A DNA stretch of 40,496 nucleotides from Myxococcota bacterium (GTDB lineage Bacteria; Myxococcota; XYA12-FULL-58-9; JALHOP01): positions 1-40,496 of the forward strand of contig JBGGMJ010000037.1 in assembly GCA_041288095.1 (NCBI GenBank). The letters run 5' to 3'. Of this stretch, positions 27,815 through 39,120 are shown in pieces. The translations under genes were made by a program, and so were the position numbers. Numbering within the stretch: position 1 is the stretch's first letter; each line of letters begins with the position of its first letter. The notes under the pieces were generated by a model. The model saw nothing but the letters and a program-made list of their open reading frames with translations, was not told where the DNA came from and searched no databases.

Positions 27815-28675
27815 ATGACCACCATCGGAATCATCGGCGGCAGCGGCCTTTACGCTCTCGAGGGGCTCAGTGACGTCCAAGAAGTCGCGGTGCCCACACC
27901 CTATGGACCCACCTCCGACAGCATGATCACCGGCCGCCTCGGAGACACCCGGCTCGTCTTTCTGCCTCGCCATGGCCGCGGCCATCGCCTGACGCCCGCG
28001 GAGGTGCCCTATCGCGCCAACGTCTTCGCCATGAAGTCGCTCGGTGTCGAGTGGCTCGTGTCCGTTTCAGCGGTCGGATCGATGAAGGAGCACATCCATC
28101 CCGGCGATCTCGTGGTGCCGGATCAGTACCTCGACCGCACTCACGGTCGGGACCGCAGCTTCTTCGGTGACGGCGTGGTCGCGCACGTCAGCATGGCCGA
28201 CCCAGTGTGCATCACGGCCGCCAAGCACTTCGTGGCGCAGGCGCGCGCGCAAGGCCTCGATGTCCACGATGGCGGATCGCTCGTCACCATCGACGGTCCG
28301 CAGTTTTCGACGCGCGCCGAGTCGTTCGCCTACCGCGCCATGGGCGTCGACATCATCGGCATGACCGCGATGCCCGAGGCCAAGCTCGCCCGCGAAGCCG
28401 AGATGCACTACGTGACCCTCGGCTTGGTCACCGACTACGACTGCTGGCACACGAGCGCCGAGCCGGTCACCGTCGAAGCGGTCATCGCCATCCTCAAAGC
28501 GAACAGCGCTCGCGCCCAGAAGCTCCTCGAGAAGGCATTGCCCGCGATCGCCGGCCTCGACAAACGCTGCGCCTGCGACGCGGCGCTGTCGGTAGCCATC
28601 GTCACCGACCGGTCACTCATCGCCAAGGAGCGCATCGCCCAGCTCGGGCCGATCGTGCGCAAGTACTTGGCCTAG
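27815..28675 (+). CDS. mtnP: S-methyl-5'-thioadenosine phosphorylase
   Basis: IGIIGGSGLY, FLPRHGRGH, YRAN, GPQFSTRAES, GMTAMPEAKLAREAE and VTDYDCW. Confidence 0.95.
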   Translation: MTTIGIIGGSGLYALEGLSDVQEVAVPTPYGPTSDSMITGRLGDTRLVFLPRHGRGHRLTPAEVPYRANVFAMKSLGVEWLVSVSAVGSMKEHIHPGDLVVPDQYLDRTHGRDRSFFGDGVVAHVSMADPVCITAAKHFVAQARAQGLDVHDGGSLVTIDGPQFSTRAESFAYRAMGVDIIGMTAMPEAKLAREAEMHYVTLGLVTDYDCWHTSAEPVTVEAVIAILKANSARAQKLLEKALPAIAGLDKRCACDAALSVAIVTDRSLIAKERIAQLGPIVRKYLA

Positions 28676-29895
28676 GGCTGAGCTTCCGCTGGCGGCGGTG
28701 TCGTCGGTTCTTTCACCGGCGGCGGCGGGACTTCCTTCGGCGGCTCCTTGGCCGGCGCGGGATCGCTCGGCGGGGGAGCTTCGACGGGCGGCTTGGGTGC
28801 CGGCGGCTCGCCTGCCGGTTCCTCGGAGGGTTGCGGTGTCTGCTCCGGCGGATGATCGCCTGGGCTCACCTCGGGCTTCGGCGCGGCCGCCTTCTTCTTC
28901 TTGGGTTGCTCGGTCGTGGGCGCGGTCATCGAGCTGTCCTCGGCTCGCTTGCGCTTCGGCTCGACCGGCATGGGCTTTTCGGCGTCGATGCCGGTGCGGC
29001 CTTCCGGCGCGGTGGCGACATGGACGCCGAATGGCAGACCACGAATGGCCGACAGACGGTCGCGTAGGTAGGCGGGTAGCTCGACATCCGCCGGCTTGGT
29101 GTTGTCGATGCGCTTGCGAACACGTTTGATCTTTCGCTGCACCAGCATCGGATCGGGATGATCCATGAGGCACGCGTAGTAATAAGCGAGCGCTCGCGAC
29201 ATCTCGCCAGTCTCCTGGAAACAATTTCCGAGCTCGAAGAGCACCAAGGCAGTCAGCTCGCGCTCCGGTTGCGCCGCCAGAAGGTGCTCGTAGCTGGCTA
29301 CTGCTTCGGCGTAGCGCTCTTGCAGGTAGTAGGAGTTGGCGATCTCGAACTGGGCCTGCGCGGCCTCGGCGCTGCTCGGCGCTTTCGCGATGAGCGCCTC
29401 GGCTTCGCGCCGGGCTTGGTCGTAGTTCTTCAGCTCGAAGTAGGCGTGTGCGATCTTCAGTCGCGCCCGGAGCGCTTCGTTGCTCTCGGGGAACTCGCGC
29501 ACCAGCTCCTGGTAGACCTCGATGGCCGCCGGCACGTTGCCGATCTTGTGCTGGTAGACGTCGGCGACCGTCGCGAGCGCCGCCATGGCCTGGTCGGTGC
29601 GCGGATAGAGCTTCACCAGCTGGCGGTAGAACTTGATGGCCGCGTCGTAGTCATGAAGGTACAGCGCGTTGAGCTTGCCGAGGCGATCGAGCACGGCGAG
29701 GCGCTCGTTCTCCTGACCGTCGGAGAGGTTGCGGCCGTGGTCTTCGAGGCGACGCAGGAGCTTGCGGTAGAGGCGCTCCGACTCGACGTACTCCTTGTGG
29801 TAGAGCAGGTCGTTCGCCGTATCCATGCCCTCTTCGATGCTGGTGCCGCAGGCTGGAAGCGCGGCGGCGAGCGCGATGGCGAGGAGGAAACGCAT
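28672..29895 (-). CDS. TPR-repeat lipoprotein with Pro/Glu-rich tail
   Basis: Start MRFLLAIALAAALPAC is a lipobox. Several TPR units of BamD/CpoB type follow, then a PEP-rich C-terminus. Confidence 0.85.
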   Translation of the reverse strand: MRFLLAIALAAALPACGTSIEEGMDTANDLLYHKEYVESERLYRKLLRRLEDHGRNLSDGQENERLAVLDRLGKLNALYLHDYDAAIKFYRQLVKLYPRTDQAMAALATVADVYQHKIGNVPAAIEVYQELVREFPESNEALRARLKIAHAYFELKNYDQARREAEALIAKAPSSAEAAQAQFEIANSYYLQERYAEAVASYEHLLAAQPERELTALVLFELGNCFQETGEMSRALAYYYACLMDHPDPMLVQRKIKRVRKRIDNTKPADVELPAYLRDRLSAIRGLPFGVHVATAPEGRTGIDAEKPMPVEPKRKRAEDSSMTAPTTEQPKKKKAAAPKPEVSPGDHPPEQTPQPSEEPAGEPPAPKPPVEAPPPSDPAPAKEPPKEVPPPPVKEPTTPPPAEAQP

Positions 29896-29977
29896 CGGCG
29901 GCACTCTGCCTAAACGCTTGCCTTGCGTCCATGCTTCCGGGGACAACCACCGCCTAAACCCACCCTCGGGGGCTCTC

Positions 29978-30631
29978 ATGGCGCTCAAGATCATCGGTGT
30001 TCTAGTCGTCATTCTTGCTGGATTCGGCGTCTACGTGGCAATGCAGCCGGCCGACTTCACGGTCGAGCGCTCGGCGACCATGGCGGCGCCGCCGGCCATC
30101 GTCTTCGCGCAGGTGAACGACTTCCACAACTGGCCGAATTGGTCGCCGTGGGAGAAGCTCGACCCGGCGATGGAGAAGACGTTCTCGGGCGCTCCCGCCG
30201 GCACCGGCGCGGCCTATGCCTGGAGCTCGAAGGACAAGAACGTCGGCGCCGGTCAGATGACCATCACCAGCGCCAAGATGCCCGAGCGCATCGATCTCAA
30301 GCTCGACTTCCTCGAGCCCTTCAAGGCGACCAACAACGTCGTCTTCAACTTCACGCCTGAAGGCGAGGGCACCAAGGTGAACTGGGCGATGAGCGGCCAG
30401 AAGAACTTCGTCATGAAGGCCTTCTGCTTGTTCCAGGACATGGACAAGATGGTCGGCGCCGACTTCGAAAAGGGCTTGTCCGCTTTGGCGGCCACGAGCG
30501 AGACGAAGGCCAAGGAAGCACAAGCGCAGGCGGCGGCCGAGGCCCAAGCGGCTCAGGCGGCGGCTGATGCGCAGGCTCAAGCGGCGGCCCCGGCTCCCGA
30601 AGCGCCCAAGGTCAAAGCGAAGAAGCGCTGA
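29978..30631 (+). CDS. SRPBCC (polyketide cyclase/START-like) family protein
   Basis: N-terminal TM, FTVERS, WPNWSPW, GTGAAYAWSS, VGAGQMTI and MVGADFEKGL, with an Ala/Gln-rich tail. Confidence 0.92.
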   Translation: MALKIIGVLVVILAGFGVYVAMQPADFTVERSATMAAPPAIVFAQVNDFHNWPNWSPWEKLDPAMEKTFSGAPAGTGAAYAWSSKDKNVGAGQMTITSAKMPERIDLKLDFLEPFKATNNVVFNFTPEGEGTKVNWAMSGQKNFVMKAFCLFQDMDKMVGADFEKGLSALAATSETKAKEAQAQAAAEAQAAQAAADAQAQAAAPAPEAPKVKAKKR

Positions 30632-31272
30632 ACGAAACGAGCGGGATACAACGCCTCCCGAGTGAAGAGACCCTCCGGGTTCTCTACGTCACCCTGGTGG
30701 TTTGCGGTCTAGCAGGCGGCGGCAAGCTGATGGCCATCGGGTCGCTTGCCGCGTCCGCGACCGTCGTCGCCTACCAGCTTTCGTTCGCGTTGGTGGACTA
30801 CGTCAACGAGATGCACGGGGCCCCGCTGGCGCGTGGCTTCGTGCGTCATGGCTTCATTGCCCTGGCGGTCGCGCTGGCGTGCTTCGTGATGATCGTGGTG
30901 GTGCCGCCTGCTTCGGGCTTTGCCGATGACGCTGCCTACGCGCGCGTCTTCGGCGTCACCCCGCGCATCGCCGCCGCCGGCCTGGTGGCATTCATCGTCG
31001 CGCAGCTCGAAAACGTGTGGATTTACGACATCATCCGCAGGCGTAAGCCGCGGCTCGGGGTCGCCGTGCGCGCGGCCTTGGCGACCGCGGTGGCGCAGTT
31101 CGTCGACACGGTGATCTTCATCGGTATCGCTTTCGCGGGCACGGTCGCGGACTTACCGCGGCTCTTGTTCGGGCAATACGCCGTGAAGCTGGTGCTCGTA
31201 GCGGTCAGCGCGCCCCTCCTTGCGATGGTGGTGCGCTGGCGCCGCGACCGAGTCGGGTCGCAACCGCGATAG
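30628..31272 (+). CDS. Queuosine precursor transporter (YhhQ/VUT family); start codon uncertain
   Basis: DYVNEMHG, PRIAAAGLVAFIVAQLENVWIY, AQFVDTVIFIGIAF and GQYAVK. The family-like first TM begins upstream of the first canonical start (GTG 30697). Confidence 0.82.
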   Translation: MNETSGIQRLPSEETLRVLYVTLVVCGLAGGGKLMAIGSLAASATVVAYQLSFALVDYVNEMHGAPLARGFVRHGFIALAVALACFVMIVVVPPASGFADDAAYARVFGVTPRIAAAGLVAFIVAQLENVWIYDIIRRRKPRLGVAVRAALATAVAQFVDTVIFIGIAFAGTVADLPRLLFGQYAVKLVLVAVSAPLLAMVVRWRRDRVGSQPR

Positions 31273-31294
31273 CAGCCAACAGGGTATGTCGCCC

Positions 31295-32023
31295 ATGAGC
31301 GCGCCGGTCAGTCGCAGCACGGCTCTGCCCGCACCGCACTCGCCTGCATCCCTCGAGCGTTTCGGCGACCCTGGGTCCCCGCGCGGTGACGAGGCGCGCA
31401 GGAAGGCGCAAGACGGGCTCGTTCAAGACAGCCTCGGGGGGCATCGGCCCCCATCGCTCCATGGCTCGAGCCCCATGCTCCGCGGCATCGAGCCAGGCGG
31501 CGACCTGGGTGGTGTCGGCTTGCGCGGCGGCGCGAGAGGACCTCAAAACTTCAATCGCGATCGCGACTCCCTGCCCCTGATGCGCGACATCGACCGGCGA
31601 GGCGCCGGCGACCGGCGCAAGATCGATGACGCCGGCCATCGCGCACTCGAGGGTCTCACCGCGGCCGACCCTCACAACTTGCGACTGAACCATGACGCCA
31701 ATAGCGGCGCTCTCAGCATCGATCGGCAAGCGGTCGACGACCGCGGCAACGCGACTTGGCGCCGCGTCTGGGACGGCGAGGTTCCGCGTGCGAACCACGC
31801 CGATCCGTCAGCGGCATGGTCGGTGATGACGCGGGACGCGGGCAACCGGCTCGCCGAGGACTACCGCGAAAGGCCCTACAACAACCGGGCTCCGCTCCAC
31901 GACAACGCCTTCCCCGATGCCGCGCGCGGCGCCATCCAGCCGACGGAACCCACCCGAGAACATCCGGGGCGGGTGCGCAAACCGTCTGATTGGGGTCTGC
32001 CGAGGGACCAACGGCGCACCTAA
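31295..32023 (+). CDS. Hypothetical protein with low-complexity S/P/G/R-rich N-terminus
   Basis: ORF fills the gap up to the gyrA end with GC3-rich codons. Start is ATG 31286 or 31295. Confidence 0.6.
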   Translation: MSAPVSRSTALPAPHSPASLERFGDPGSPRGDEARRKAQDGLVQDSLGGHRPPSLHGSSPMLRGIEPGGDLGGVGLRGGARGPQNFNRDRDSLPLMRDIDRRGAGDRRKIDDAGHRALEGLTAADPHNLRLNHDANSGALSIDRQAVDDRGNATWRRVWDGEVPRANHADPSAAWSVMTRDAGNRLAEDYRERPYNNRAPLHDNAFPDAARGAIQPTEPTREHPGRVRKPSDWGLPRDQRRT

Positions 32024-32051
32024 ACGGCTAGCCGCGGGCGAGCGCCTTCCC

Positions 32052-34757
<2,706 letters not shown>

Positions 34758-34832
34758 GAGAGGCGGCGCTTATAGCCCGAAGAAATGGCGGTGCGGAAGG
34801 CCTCGAGGGCCTCCGAAAATACCTGGATTTTC

Positions 34833-34862
34833 GGCAACGCCACGCTGGCACACCCCGATAAG
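34833..34862 (+). promoter_or_regulatory. Sigma-28-like promoter motif copy
   Basis: GGCAAC-N16-CCGATAAG, 15 bp upstream of ATG 34878. Confidence 0.68.
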
Positions 34863-34877
34863 AGCGGAGGTTGGTGG

Positions 34878-35564
34878 ATGGGAGATGGGGTGATGGAAAA
34901 AGTCAGCAGCCGTATGGACACGATCGTCAACATGCCGGTCGGTCCGACGCCGATCGTCGTTCGGGCTTTGGCCGGCAGCAGGCTCACAGAGGCCATCGAC
35001 AAGATGGTCGCCAAGCACCCCCGGCCGGTGCTCCAGGAGCTGCGGCGAGCCACGCGGACCGACCATGTGCTCCAGCGTTTGGGAAACGCCGGCTTTTACG
35101 CCGCCAGCTTCGCCGGCTTGAGCATTCTCGTCGAGCTCGGGGGCCGCATTCTCATCGGCGGCGGCGCACCGGACCCCGCATTCGTGGGCGTGATCGCTGC
35201 CTTGGGCGGTGCTTTCGGCGTCTCCTTGCCCATCGATCAGAGACCGCTAAAGCGGACGAAGGCGAACGAGGAGGCGCTCGGCAAGGCGGGCGCGGTGATC
35301 ACCGCCATGGCCTACAACGTCGAGCTGTCGCCGGAGGCCGCGAAGTCGTTCAAGGGCGTCGGAGGCTACAAGCTCGGCTCGCCGTCGGTGCTCAGCTTGG
35401 TTTTCGACAAGGCGGCGTTCAAAGACGAGCACGCCGAAGAGGTCCGCGCCGGCATCGAGAAACAACTCGACGAGCGCGGCATGACTGGGCTCGCTCCGGA
35501 CTTCGTGCGCTTCAAGGTCACGTTCTGGGAATTGCCGCCACGGCGGGCGGTGCGCGAAAACTAG
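34878..35564 (+). CDS. Hypothetical protein with a central two-helix hydrophobic hairpin
   Basis: ATG 34878 follows GGAGG (alternative start 34893). Hydrophobic segments AGFYAASFAGLSILVELGG and FVGVIAALGGAFGVSL. Confidence 0.7.
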   Translation: MGDGVMEKVSSRMDTIVNMPVGPTPIVVRALAGSRLTEAIDKMVAKHPRPVLQELRRATRTDHVLQRLGNAGFYAASFAGLSILVELGGRILIGGGAPDPAFVGVIAALGGAFGVSLPIDQRPLKRTKANEEALGKAGAVITAMAYNVELSPEAAKSFKGVGGYKLGSPSVLSLVFDKAAFKDEHAEEVRAGIEKQLDERGMTGLAPDFVRFKVTFWELPPRRAVREN

Positions 35565-35579
35565 GCTATCATCGATGGC

Positions 35580-36746
35580 ATGTTGGGACGCGCGCTCGCG
35601 CTCGGATTGGCCGTGGCACTCGTCGCCTGTGGCGGCGAGGAGGGGCCCACCGGCACCATCGAGGTCGACGGCATGGCTTACGGCATGACCGTGACCGTGT
35701 GGTCGGTTGATGGCCGGGAGCAAACAGTCGAGGCTGAGCCAGAGGGCGCCTTCGGCGTCTCGGGGGTCCGGCCCCCTTACGACATCCTCTTCGCCGGCAC
35801 GCAGCGGAAGTCGCTGATTCTCGGGAGCCGCGCCGCGTACCACGACGTGGCGCGTCCACCGCCGCCCAATCGTACCCTGCAAGACCTCTCGACGGTCTCT
35901 TTCGGGCTCACACCCCAGCCGCCCTCCGACGCGACGACGCTCTGGGTCGTCGAGTGCGGCGACGAAGTGCTCGGTTCGCACTCTGGTGACGGCGCGGTGG
36001 ACCTCGAGCGCGGGTTCTATCTCGACGCGCCGCGAAGCTGCGCCGCGAAGGTTCTCGTCTTGAATCCCGGAGCTGACGGTTATGGCGGACGAGGCAGCGC
36101 CCAGCTCCAGCTGCAACCGAGGAGCCACAGCGAAGTCGCCGTTGACGTCTCCACGGTCGTCACGAGTCGGCTGGTCACCTTCGACGTGATTGACCCGAAT
36201 CCCGACACCACGTTTGCCGCGGTCGGCATGGTTTGGCCCGCGGGCAGCCGAGGCTACGCCGCGCATGTGATCCGCGAAGGCGTGTTCGCTTCCACGACCG
36301 TTCCGGCACCGGAGAGCTCGGGGGTCGGGCTGTCGATGATCTTCGCGGCCGCGAGTGACGGCGACGCCTTGCAGGGCAGCGTTGCCTGGCGAGCGCTCGC
36401 CCTCGACGCCGGCCAAGCTCTGCGCGAAGTGACGCTACCGAGCGTCGACATCATCGTGGAGCCCGCGACCGGCGCCCAATTCGTGGGCACTTTTGCGCTC
36501 GAGCCTCGCGATGGCGGCATCTACGTCTTCGTGCTGGGTGACGTGACGGTCACCACGGCTTCCCCCGAGCTCACGCTCGCGGACCTGTCGCGGCACGGCA
36601 TCGTTCTCGGGAGCGGTGTGCGGACGTTCCGCGGCTACATCACCACCGCGGCGTCGGTGGACGCCGATCTCTCGCTGGACGGCATCGTTCGCCAGCGCGA
36701 TGCGGTGCGCATTCAGAGCCGCCCCAGCACCTTCGTCGTCGACTAG
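35580..36746 (+). CDS. Hypothetical beta-rich lipoprotein
   Basis: MLGRALALGLAVALVAC lipobox. No family recognised. Confidence 0.75.
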   Translation: MLGRALALGLAVALVACGGEEGPTGTIEVDGMAYGMTVTVWSVDGREQTVEAEPEGAFGVSGVRPPYDILFAGTQRKSLILGSRAAYHDVARPPPPNRTLQDLSTVSFGLTPQPPSDATTLWVVECGDEVLGSHSGDGAVDLERGFYLDAPRSCAAKVLVLNPGADGYGGRGSAQLQLQPRSHSEVAVDVSTVVTSRLVTFDVIDPNPDTTFAAVGMVWPAGSRGYAAHVIREGVFASTTVPAPESSGVGLSMIFAAASDGDALQGSVAWRALALDAGQALREVTLPSVDIIVEPATGAQFVGTFALEPRDGGIYVFVLGDVTVTTASPELTLADLSRHGIVLGSGVRTFRGYITTAASVDADLSLDGIVRQRDAVRIQSRPSTFVVD

Positions 36747-36756
36747 AGCGCGATCG

Positions 36757-37425
36757 CTAGCGGCCGAAGAGCCAAGCCAAGAGGCCCGTGCGGGGCGGGG
36801 CAGGGACAAGGGCTGTATTCGTCACCGCATACGTCGGCAGGCTCGAGCGAATCGCCCCCAACGCACCCTTCAAATACGCTGTGGTCTGGTTGGTGTAATA
36901 GTTGGTCTTGTTCGCGCCGTCTTGCGCTTGTTTGGCAAGGGCGGGATCGAGCTTCTCGAGCGGCACGACCAAGGCGCGCAGGGCGCCTCGTAGGTACTCG
37001 AGCTGGGCGTCACCGTTGTACCGTTCCGCCTCGGTAAGCGTCGCCGTGATGTTGGCGGCGAGCTCGTCGATCATGGCGCGTCGCGTCTGCTGGCCGTCGA
37101 TGGTTTGAACGACGATGCTCGTCGCCCGCGCGGTTTGAATGGCCGCGTGGAGGCCTGCGCTCATCGCGGAGGGCAGCGTACGGCTCAGGGCCTCGCTGGC
37201 GCCGTCGGTGGCGCGGAGCAGGGCTACGACGGCGTCGGGGTCCGGCCGGCGATCGGCGATGCCACGCAGCACGGCATTGGTGGCTCTGCTGACCGTTTGG
37301 ATCCACTGGTCGATCGGCGGCTCGGCCCCCTCGGAGACCACGGGGAGGTTGGCTGGAGCGCTCTCGACCGGCGTCACTGGCTTGGCGTATTGGGACGGAA
37401 CGGTGGCAATGGCTTGTCCGGTCAT
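36757..37425 (-). CDS. Hypothetical helical protein, possibly translated from a leaderless mRNA
   Basis: 222-aa ORF with a Pro/Thr/Ala-rich N-terminus and no obvious Shine-Dalgarno. The promoter-like motif ends 6 nt before the ATG. Confidence 0.7.
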   Translation of the reverse strand: MTGQAIATVPSQYAKPVTPVESAPANLPVVSEGAEPPIDQWIQTVSRATNAVLRGIADRRPDPDAVVALLRATDGASEALSRTLPSAMSAGLHAAIQTARATSIVVQTIDGQQTRRAMIDELAANITATLTEAERYNGDAQLEYLRGALRALVVPLEKLDPALAKQAQDGANKTNYYTNQTTAYLKGALGAIRSSLPTYAVTNTALVPAPPRTGLLAWLFGR

Positions 37426-37431
37426 GCCGAC

Positions 37432-37461
37432 AATATCGGTGGCCTAGGGCTCGAGGTTCGC
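37432..37461 (-). promoter_or_regulatory. Sigma-28-like promoter motif copy
   Basis: Minus strand GCGAAC-N16-CCGATATT-N6-ATG. Confidence 0.58.
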
Positions 37462-37500
37462 GGCTGACCGTGACATTCGGGCACCAGGAAACCGCAACGT

Positions 37501-38982
37501 TCAGGTCTCGCCCTTGCCGGCGTCCCCTGCGATGCGCGCCATCCGCTGTTGCGGACGGCTGCGCGTCTCGACCCAAACGCTGTCGCTCGACACTTGCCCA
37601 TCTGACGCGCCGATGTCCTCGAGGAACGCGCGCGCCTCGGGCGAGAGGGTGAACGACACGCCGTTCCAGAAGTACGATGGGTCTTCGCGGTGGATGTCGG
37701 CGATGTCGCCGAGGACGCGCATGACTTGGTCCTTGGCGGCGTCCGTCATCTTGGGGTCGACGTCGATGGCGTCGGTGATGAGCTGGAGGTCGACTTCGCT
37801 GACGGTGCCGTCACGCGCAGCCATGCGCATGAGGCGCTTCCACTCGGAATCGTCGACCGCGTTGTCGGCGAGTACCTTTTTCAGATAGTCCTCGACGGTG
37901 TCGCCGGCGCCATCGCGGTTGAAGACGCTGAAGTGACCCTGATCGCTATTGCCGTTCGCGAGGATGCCGACGCGGCGATCGAGACCACGGACGGCACGGT
38001 CGTAGCCGCGATCCGAGACGACCCCGGCTTCGCGCTGGGTCGCGAGCGCTTGCGCGACGTTGTCGATCTCCGTCTTGTCGATGTTGCCGTCGCGGGCCAT
38101 GTCCTCGAAGAGCGCGCCGATCTCGCCACGCGTGAGGCGCGCGTCCTGGCGATCGCCGACGAGGGCCTCGATGAGCGCCTCGGCCCCTTGGGGTGTCGAG
38201 ACATCGGGGGCGTCGGGCGCGAGCTTCAAGGCGGCGTAGTCGACGAGGGCGCGCGCGACTTCGTCGAGTCCCTCACCACTCGCACCTCCATAGCGGGCGA
38301 CCAGCTCTCGATCGATCTGGGCGTTGATGGCGGCCAGCGCGGCGTCGTCGATGGCGCCTTGTTCGTTGGCGATCTGCGCCTGGCGGTAGATGGCGCGAAT
38401 GTCCTGCACCGAGAGACGTCCGGCATCCTGGGTCGCTGCGACGAAGATGCTCTCGAGCTCGGCGTGCTCGACGGTTCCATCCGAGATAGCGGACTGTGTG
38501 ACTTGCTCGACCGAGGACGCGCTCTGGAAGTCGCGGGCGCGCTGAGTGATGCGGTCCAAGCGATGCGAGGTGCCGAAGCGATCGACACCGTCGAGCAAGG
38601 GCGCGAGCGATGACGCGTTGCCGGTGGCCGTCACCGCGCCGGCTTCGACCTGCCGGTTCGCTTCACCCACGACTTGATTGAACATGGCGCGCGCCCGTTG
38701 CTCGGTGAGTGTGCCGTCGCGGACAACCTGACCGAAGAGCGTCTCGAGCTGCTTGAGATCTTCGGCGCCGATGACGCCGTCGGAGCCGCGCATCGCGGTG
38801 ATGATGCCGTCGATGTCCAGCTGCCGCATGCGGCCGCCGCGATAGGTCGCGTAGTTTTGCACCGCGATACGCACGGCGTCGTCGGGAGTCGCGCCGCTGG
38901 GGATCGGCGCGCTCCCGTAGGTCGATTCGATGTTCAGCGAGAGGGTCTGGGGGATGCGCGGCGTTTGGGCTGCTCGTTCCAT
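37501..38982 (-). CDS. Hypothetical acidic helical-repeat protein (TerB/EF-hand-like DGx(I/V)xxxE units)
   Basis: ATG 38982 follows GGAG. Repeated units SDGVIGAED, RDGTLTEQ, SDGTVEHAE, RDGNIDKTE, ADNAVDDSE and RDGTVSEVD. Confidence 0.72.
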   Translation of the reverse strand: MERAAQTPRIPQTLSLNIESTYGSAPIPSGATPDDAVRIAVQNYATYRGGRMRQLDIDGIITAMRGSDGVIGAEDLKQLETLFGQVVRDGTLTEQRARAMFNQVVGEANRQVEAGAVTATGNASSLAPLLDGVDRFGTSHRLDRITQRARDFQSASSVEQVTQSAISDGTVEHAELESIFVAATQDAGRLSVQDIRAIYRQAQIANEQGAIDDAALAAINAQIDRELVARYGGASGEGLDEVARALVDYAALKLAPDAPDVSTPQGAEALIEALVGDRQDARLTRGEIGALFEDMARDGNIDKTEIDNVAQALATQREAGVVSDRGYDRAVRGLDRRVGILANGNSDQGHFSVFNRDGAGDTVEDYLKKVLADNAVDDSEWKRLMRMAARDGTVSEVDLQLITDAIDVDPKMTDAAKDQVMRVLGDIADIHREDPSYFWNGVSFTLSPEARAFLEDIGASDGQVSSDSVWVETRSRPQQRMARIAGDAGKGET

Positions 38983-39013
38983 TGTGCGGTCTCCATGGTG
39001 GTGAGGAGACCAG

Positions 39014-39030
39014 AGCAAGGGTCGGGCCAG
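39014..39030 (-). promoter_or_regulatory. Putative sigma-54 (-24/-12) promoter
   Basis: Minus strand CTGGCCCG-ACCC-TTGCT matches YTGGCACG-N4-TTGCW with one mismatch, about 30 bp upstream of ATG 38982. Confidence 0.7.
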
Positions 39031-39120
39031 ACACGCAGCGCCCCGGAACGCACCCCCGCGCCCGGCGACTGTGCAGTCGAGCTCCCAGTGTGAGGAGGCG
39101 CTCACACGCGCTATCTGCCG

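Noticed and set aside
27433-27834. Extended 477-aa start for ArsS (also the extended starts at 30012, 29825, 14989, 39105, 6292, 1724 and 34785)
   Set aside because: The extensions overlap neighbouring genes or promoters and look non-coding. Downstream starts fit Shine-Dalgarno sites, translational coupling or family N-termini better.
30666-30686. Hairpin AGAGACCC-TCC-GGGTTCTCT near the queuosine transporter start as a preQ1 riboswitch
   Set aside because: It lacks the preQ1-I loop and A-rich 3' tail and falls inside probable coding sequence.
38988-39011. GGTCTCC/GGAGACC inverted repeat that could sequester the Shine-Dalgarno of ORF 37501..38982
   Set aside because: If the sigma-54 site is real, the TSS (about 39003) lies inside the repeat and the 5' arm would not be transcribed.
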